Shown piece after piece: positions 11,285 through 14,084 of a stretch of 14,084 nucleotides of DNA. The notes beneath the pieces are model-generated. The model was not told the DNA's origin and searched no databases. It saw nothing but the letters and a program-made list of their open reading frames with translations. This stretch comes from Naegleria gruberi (taxonomy: Eukaryota), in assembly GCA_000004985.1 (NCBI GenBank), contig GG738977.1; one strand, given 5' to 3'. A program made the position numbers and the translations under genes. The first letter of the stretch is position 1. Every line of letters starts with the position of its first letter.

Positions 11285-11472
11285 CTGTGACAGGTCGATC
11301 ATTTTACTTCTTATTTGACAGGGTGACCCAGCTAGATAGAGAAATTTAAGATTTTTGAAATATTTTAGTATTGAAATAGAAGTATAACAGGAATTTCGTA
11401 CATAATCATTGGTTGACTTGGTATTTTCTACATAAAATTTTTTCAAACTTGAAAGAAGAAGAATAAACTAAC
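11285..11472 (-). other. putative intron (GTTAGT...CAG), 188-215 nt depending on acceptor choice
   Basis: The donor GTTAGT at 11472..11467 sits exactly where the upstream ORF hits TAG (the TAG overlaps the donor). Exon phase is 1 and matches the phase of the downstream open frame, so splicing joins ...ISMRG to E(K/L)... without a frameshift. Confidence 0.45.
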
Positions 11473-11731
11473 CTCGCATGGAAATAATATTATCCAACTC
11501 AATTGGTTCGTAAGCTTCCTGTTGTTCTATTATATAATTATTAAACGATTCATGAAAGTAATTAGAACTTGGATAGCTCAACGATAATTCTTCAAAAGTT
11601 TTCAATTTTTCAATAATGTCCTGTGTTTCCTTGACCAATTCAACTGCTGGTCTCATTTTCCCATCTCCTATTTGTGCACTTTTCAATTCATTTTTAAAGA
11701 ATTTTAATATATCCAATCTGTCTTTGATAAT
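11473..11731 (-). CDS. internal exon of the same spliced gene (…KIIKDRLDILKFFKNELKSAQIGDGKMRPAVELVKETQDIIEKLKTFEELSLSYPSSNYFHESFNNYIIEQQEAYEPIELDNIISMR-G)
   Basis: The frame is open from the TAA at 11782..11780 down to the donor at 11473. A candidate acceptor aaaaag|ATT at 11732 is preceded by a pyrimidine-rich tract. The 5' boundary is uncertain. Confidence 0.4.
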
Positions 11732-11951
11732 CTTTTTGATAATATTCAACAGTAACAAATAATATAGGAGGAGAGATTTTTAAATGAAATGTTTGTAGGA
11801 GAGAGGAGAGCAAAATCGGACAATTCTCGCTCCAATCATCACCATCAAACGTATCATTGTGCTGATGATAGTGATTATTCATTTTTTTTGATTTTTGTAA
11901 ATTAATAATCATATCCTTATTGCAATGGTAGAATAAGGTTTGACTCATCAC
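11694..11951 (-). CDS. possible 5' exon or ORF (MMSQTLFYHCNKDMIINLQKSKKMNNHYHQHNDTFDGDDWSENCPILLSSLLQ…), relationship to the downstream exons unresolved
   Basis: This is an 85-codon ORF starting at the ATGATG at 11951. It overlaps the internal exon by about 38 nt in a different frame. I could not find a convincing donor, so whether it is exon 1 of the same gene is unknown. Confidence 0.25.
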   Translation of the reverse strand: MMSQTLFYHCNKDMIINLQKSKKMNNHYHQHNDTFDGDDWSENCPILLSSLLQTFHLKISPPILFVTVEYYQKDYQRQIGYIKIL

Positions 11952-12012
11952 TTGGTTTTGTTCACTGTGAATATGGAATTGGGCTGATATTACACATTTT
12001 GAGGTAATGAAT

Positions 12013-12130
12013 GGCTACGGCCATATAATGATGAATGCACCTCATCCCGTCCGATTTGAGAAGTTAAGCATCGTCGAGCCACATCAGTACTGAGGTTGGG
12101 ACAACTTGGGAACCTGTGGTGCTGTAGTCT
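12013..12130 (+). rRNA. 5S ribosomal RNA gene
   Basis: The plus strand reads GGCTACGGCCATATAATGATGAATGCACCTCATCCCGTCCGATTTGAGAAGTTAAGCATCGTCGAGCCACATCAGTACTGAGGTTGGGACAACTTGGGAACCTGTGGTGCTGTAGTCT. It matches the eukaryotic 5S consensus blocks (GGCCATA, CCCGTCCGAT..GAAGTTAAGC, AGTACT, GGGAA..GGTGCTGTAG) and is collinear with S. cerevisiae 5S. Helix I pairs its 5' and 3' ends. Length is about 118 nt, with ends uncertain by about 2 nt. Confidence 0.85.
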
Positions 12131-12136
12131 TTTTTT
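12130..12136 (+). terminator. Pol III terminator (T7) at the 5S 3' end
   Basis: A ttttttt run lies immediately after ...GCTGTAGTC. Confidence 0.65.
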
Positions 12137-12152
12137 CATTTCAAAATTTGTT

Positions 12153-12195
12153 GCAGATTAACAGTCTGACGCTCTACCGACTGAGCTAGACGGGC
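12153..12195 (-). pseudogene. tRNA-Lys(UUU)-like 5' fragment (tRNA positions 1-43); anticodon loop reads GTT; no T arm or 3' acceptor strand
   Basis: The minus strand reads GCCCGTCTAGCTCAGTCGGTAGAGCGTCAGACTGTTAATCTGC. Positions 1-26 are identical to the intact tRNA-Lys at 10750..10822. The anticodon arm TCAGA-CTGTTAA-TCTG(C) resembles tRNA-Lys(UUU) (TCAGA-CTTTTAA-TCTGA) with a T-to-G change. Downstream sequence (AACAAATTTTGAAATGAAAAAAA) lacks any TTCGA T-loop and runs into the antisense tail of the 5S gene. Confidence 0.6.
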
Positions 12196-12209
12196 TACAT
12201 TTGATGACC

Positions 12210-12920
12210 TTAATTGTCCCTAATAATAGCTTGTTGGAAGAGTTTTTCTCTATCATAGTGAACTGAGGAAACATCCATAATTTCCTTGCTCTTTTCCAAA
12301 AGGGAAGAAGCTGTTGTAGTACGGCAAATGTAAAGAAGTTTTTTACAAAGGTCCAAATCATAGATAATACATCTTTCTGGATACATCAATTTCACACATT
12401 GGACAACCATATTTTCATAAGCATCCAAATCAGAGTCTAATTTAGAAATAGATTGAATGGTGTATGAGGAGAGTCTGAGCATTAAAAGTTTGTCTTGATT
12501 ACTTTGAGTTGATTCATATTCCTTCAATTTAGATTCAATTGCCGATTCAATTGATGAAATATCCTTCTTGTATTTCTTTGTTGATTCATTGAGAACTTGT
12601 TTGGCAACCTTGCAATATTCTCTGTTTACCAAAACAATATTAATGAGAACCTTCATCAACTTGGTATATTCAAGAGAGTATTCACTCTTCATCATTTTCA
12701 TATTTTCGCAATGTACTTTGTACAAGTTGAAGGCAAATTCGATATCATCATATGTAATTGGCTTTTCCTAGTCGCTTTCTTGCCACATGGTATGCAATTT
12801 CTTAGCAACTTGATAAACACGTAAATCTTCTTGACGATATTTGAGGAGAGGAGTATAAGATTCAGCAGCTCCCTGTTCGACGTGGTGAAGTGCTTGACGG
12901 ATTTTTGATTGTGTTCTCAT
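12210..12920 (-). CDS. hypothetical protein (236 codons) interrupted by one in-frame TAG
   Basis: The ATG is at 12920..12918. It reads MRTQSKIRQALHHVEQGAAESYTPLLKYRQEDLRVYQVAKKLHTMWQESD, then TAG at 12770..12768, then continues in the same frame as EKPITYDDIEFAFNLYKVHCENMKMMKSEYSLEYTKLMK…QQAIIRDN and ends with TAA at 12212..12210. The track ORF 12210..12725 is the part after the TAG and begins at a TTG. No family was recognised. Confidence 0.55.
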
Positions 12921-13014
12921 ATCACCTATTAGCTTCGAACTGTGAACTCAAAGTTCATACTATTATTTAAACTTTTCAAATTATATCATTTATTTTCAAA
13001 AAAACAAAGAAACA
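12921..13014. promoter_or_regulatory. 94-bp divergent intergenic region between the minus ATG at 12920 and the plus ATG at 13015 (putative bidirectional promoter)
   Basis: The region is A/T-rich and the plus-strand start sits in the context aaacaaagaaacaATG. No elements were verified. Confidence 0.3.
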
Positions 13015-13680
13015 ATGATCTCTTCATCCACCTCTAAGCAACCACATCTTGAAACCATTGATCCAAACAACATTTGGGTTATCAAGAATTTATTCTCCAC
13101 AGAAGAATGTTCGAAACTTTTGAAAGAAAGTGAAGAAATTGGTTATGGAGAAGCCCCAATTTCAACAGGTCCTACTTCATCTACCATTATGAAAGATGTT
13201 AGAAATAACTCTCGTGCCATGATTGATAAAAAGCAATATTCTGACATGCTTTACAAAAAATTAGAGAAATACCTGCCACAGAATGTGTCATCACTCAAAG
13301 TAGGTCCACAAGATGGTTTTAAATTGTGTGGTCTCAATGAAAGAATTCGTTTCTACAAGTATGCAGCTGGAGAATATTTTGCTCCTCATTATGATGGTTG
13401 TTTTCAGAGACCAACTCTTAATGTGGAAATTAATGGAAAGAAAATGAAAGTTGTGGAAAGATCTTTCATTACAGTTCTCTTATATTTGAATGATGTGGAG
13501 AGTGGAGGTGAAACTAACTTTCTCAATTCGAGATGTGAAATAATTCATAGTGTGAAACCACAAGCAGGTCAAGTCTTGATGTTTGTTCATTCGAATTATC
13601 ATGAAGGAAGTGTGTTGAGTGATCCAAATGAATTTAAATATGTCATGAGAACAGACGTCATGTATCGTAAAGAAAAATAA
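13015..13680 (+). CDS. prolyl 4-hydroxylase-like 2-oxoglutarate/Fe(II)-dependent oxygenase (P4Hc-type), apparently soluble
   Basis: This is a 221-aa ORF from the ATG at 13015 to the TAA at 13678-13680. It has the P4H signature layout: an N-terminal IWVIKNLFSTEECSKLL (the P4H-typical ...nfLs.eEC..li...), an HxD iron site in RFYKYAAGEYFAPHYDG, TVLLYLNDVESGGETNF (the classic LYLNDVEEGGET block) and a distal His in GQVLMFVHSNYHEG. The N-terminus MISSSTSKQPHLETIDPNN is hydrophilic, with no signal peptide or transmembrane segment evident. Confidence 0.8.
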   Translation: MISSSTSKQPHLETIDPNNIWVIKNLFSTEECSKLLKESEEIGYGEAPISTGPTSSTIMKDVRNNSRAMIDKKQYSDMLYKKLEKYLPQNVSSLKVGPQDGFKLCGLNERIRFYKYAAGEYFAPHYDGCFQRPTLNVEINGKKMKVVERSFITVLLYLNDVESGGETNFLNSRCEIIHSVKPQAGQVLMFVHSNYHEGSVLSDPNEFKYVMRTDVMYRKEK

Positions 13681-13775
13681 ACCTCTCCTCAGGTAAATTA
13701 AGAATTGTTGATGATACCCTTATTTCATTAATTTGTAAAAGAAAAATGAAAAATTTTATTAAAAATTAGAAAAAA

Positions 13776-14084
13776 ATGCTCAAAGTTCTCACAGCACAAA
13801 AATCTTGCAAATTTTCATCATCAATTTCTTTCCCTTTTAACAAGAATGGAAGAATATTCAAAAATTCATCATCATCTGCATCAACAATTCGTCATAATTC
13901 CATCAATTACAAGTATGCCTCTCGGGATGGATTGTGTTCTCTTCCTGCTATCAAATCCGATAGAGAAATGACTTTGGTTTTGGACTTGGATGAATGTTTA
14001 ATTGCTAGTTCGGAGAGACCATTCCATAATTCGTTTCCTTGTTATCCAGAATGTCATGTCATGTTGAGACCGGATGGAAGAGTT
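13776..14084 (+). CDS. NIF/FCP1-like HAD phosphatase domain protein, 5' part (partial; runs off window end), with a presequence-like N-terminus
   Basis: The ATG at 13776 (aaaaaaATGctc) follows an in-frame TAG at 13767-13769. From it, 103 stop-free codons reach the window end. The sequence ...REMTLVLDLDECLIASSERPF... matches the DxDx(T/V) motif I of CTD small phosphatase, Dullard and TIM50-type domains (LVLDLDETLIHS). The first 60 or so residues are rich in S/K/R with almost no acidic residues, which resembles a mitochondrial targeting sequence. Confidence 0.5.
   Translation, partial: MLKVLTAQKSCKFSSSISFPFNKNGRIFKNSSSSASTIRHNSINYKYASRDGLCSLPAIKSDREMTLVLDLDECLIASSERPFHNSFPCYPECHVMLRPDGRV

Noticed and set aside
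12153-12195. Possibility that the tRNA-like element is a functional tRNA-Asn(GTT) or an intron-containing tRNA
   Set aside because: There is no T arm (no GTTCGA/TTCRA loop) and no 3' acceptor strand complementary to GCCCGTC anywhere downstream. The sequence instead becomes the antisense of the 5S tail, so it cannot fold into a cloverleaf.
10749-12201. tRNA-gene-targeted retroelement (TRE/Ty3-like) next to the tRNA-Lys genes
   Set aside because: No ORFs with RT, integrase or gag-like motifs, LTR-like direct repeats, or poly(A)/TSD structure are visible in the readable flanks. The flanking ORFs are ordinary cellular genes.
12210-12920. Attempted family assignment of the 236-codon protein (MRTQSKIRQALHHVEQGAAESYTPLLKYRQEDL…)
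   Set aside because: I could not match it by eye to any family I can name with confidence, so it is left as hypothetical rather than guessed.
13681-13775. Possible read-through or intron after the P4H stop (caggtaaatt resembles a splice donor)
   Set aside because: The P4H ORF is complete with all catalytic motifs before the TAA. The downstream ATG at 13776 follows an in-frame TAG and has its own A-run context, so two separate genes is the simpler reading.
1-14084. Ciliate-type nuclear code (TAA/TAG = Gln), suggested by AT-richness plus internal TAGs
   Set aside because: TAA terminates at least two well-delimited genes (P4H at 13678, the 12210 gene). The 226- and 316-codon ORFs contain no TAA or TAG at all, which would be very unlikely if these were frequent Gln codons. 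Only a TAG-specific anomaly remains worth testing (see findings).

Overview
This is an AT-rich (about 30% GC) eukaryotic nuclear scaffold segment, not a prokaryotic locus. Two runs of N (1538..6697 and 7833..10328, together 7656 nt) hide 54% of the window, so the six-frame ORFs that span them are artifacts. In the readable sequence I can support the following, in order along the window. A partial N-terminal ORF on the minus strand runs off the window start (1..205). A 226-codon plus-strand ORF with no stop runs into the first gap (857..1537). A complete gene for an F-box protein with 8 RNI-type leucine-rich repeats follows (minus, 6839..7762), and a second F-box paralog lies upstream of it whose N-terminal reading frame is broken by one in-frame TAG (minus, 10329..10609). 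There is a canonical tRNA-Lys(CTT) gene (minus, 10750..10822). A spliced minus-strand gene with an LRR-like terminal exon and a GTTAGT...CAG intron lies at 10899..11731, with an upstream ORF in another frame at 11694..11951. A 5S rRNA gene with a T7 terminator (plus, 12013..12136) sits tail-to-tail with a 43-nt fragment resembling the 5' part of tRNA-Lys(UUU) (minus, 12153..12195). A 236-codon minus-strand gene also carries one in-frame TAG (12210..12920). A soluble prolyl-4-hydroxylase-like 2OG-Fe(II) oxygenase gene is transcribed divergently from it (plus, 13015..13680). A partial NIF/FCP1-like HAD phosphatase ORF with a presequence-like N-terminus runs off the window end (plus, 13776..14084). 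I find no CRISPR array, transposon or prokaryotic defence system, and no single compelling novel system. The observations most worth a second look are the two in-frame TAG codons inside otherwise continuous genes, the compact Pol III cluster (5S, tRNA-Lys and a tRNA half sharing a 32-nt block that includes 5' leader sequence), and two genes whose stop codons abut tRNA or tRNA-like elements on the same strand. All product calls rest on motifs read by eye, because no database searches could be run.
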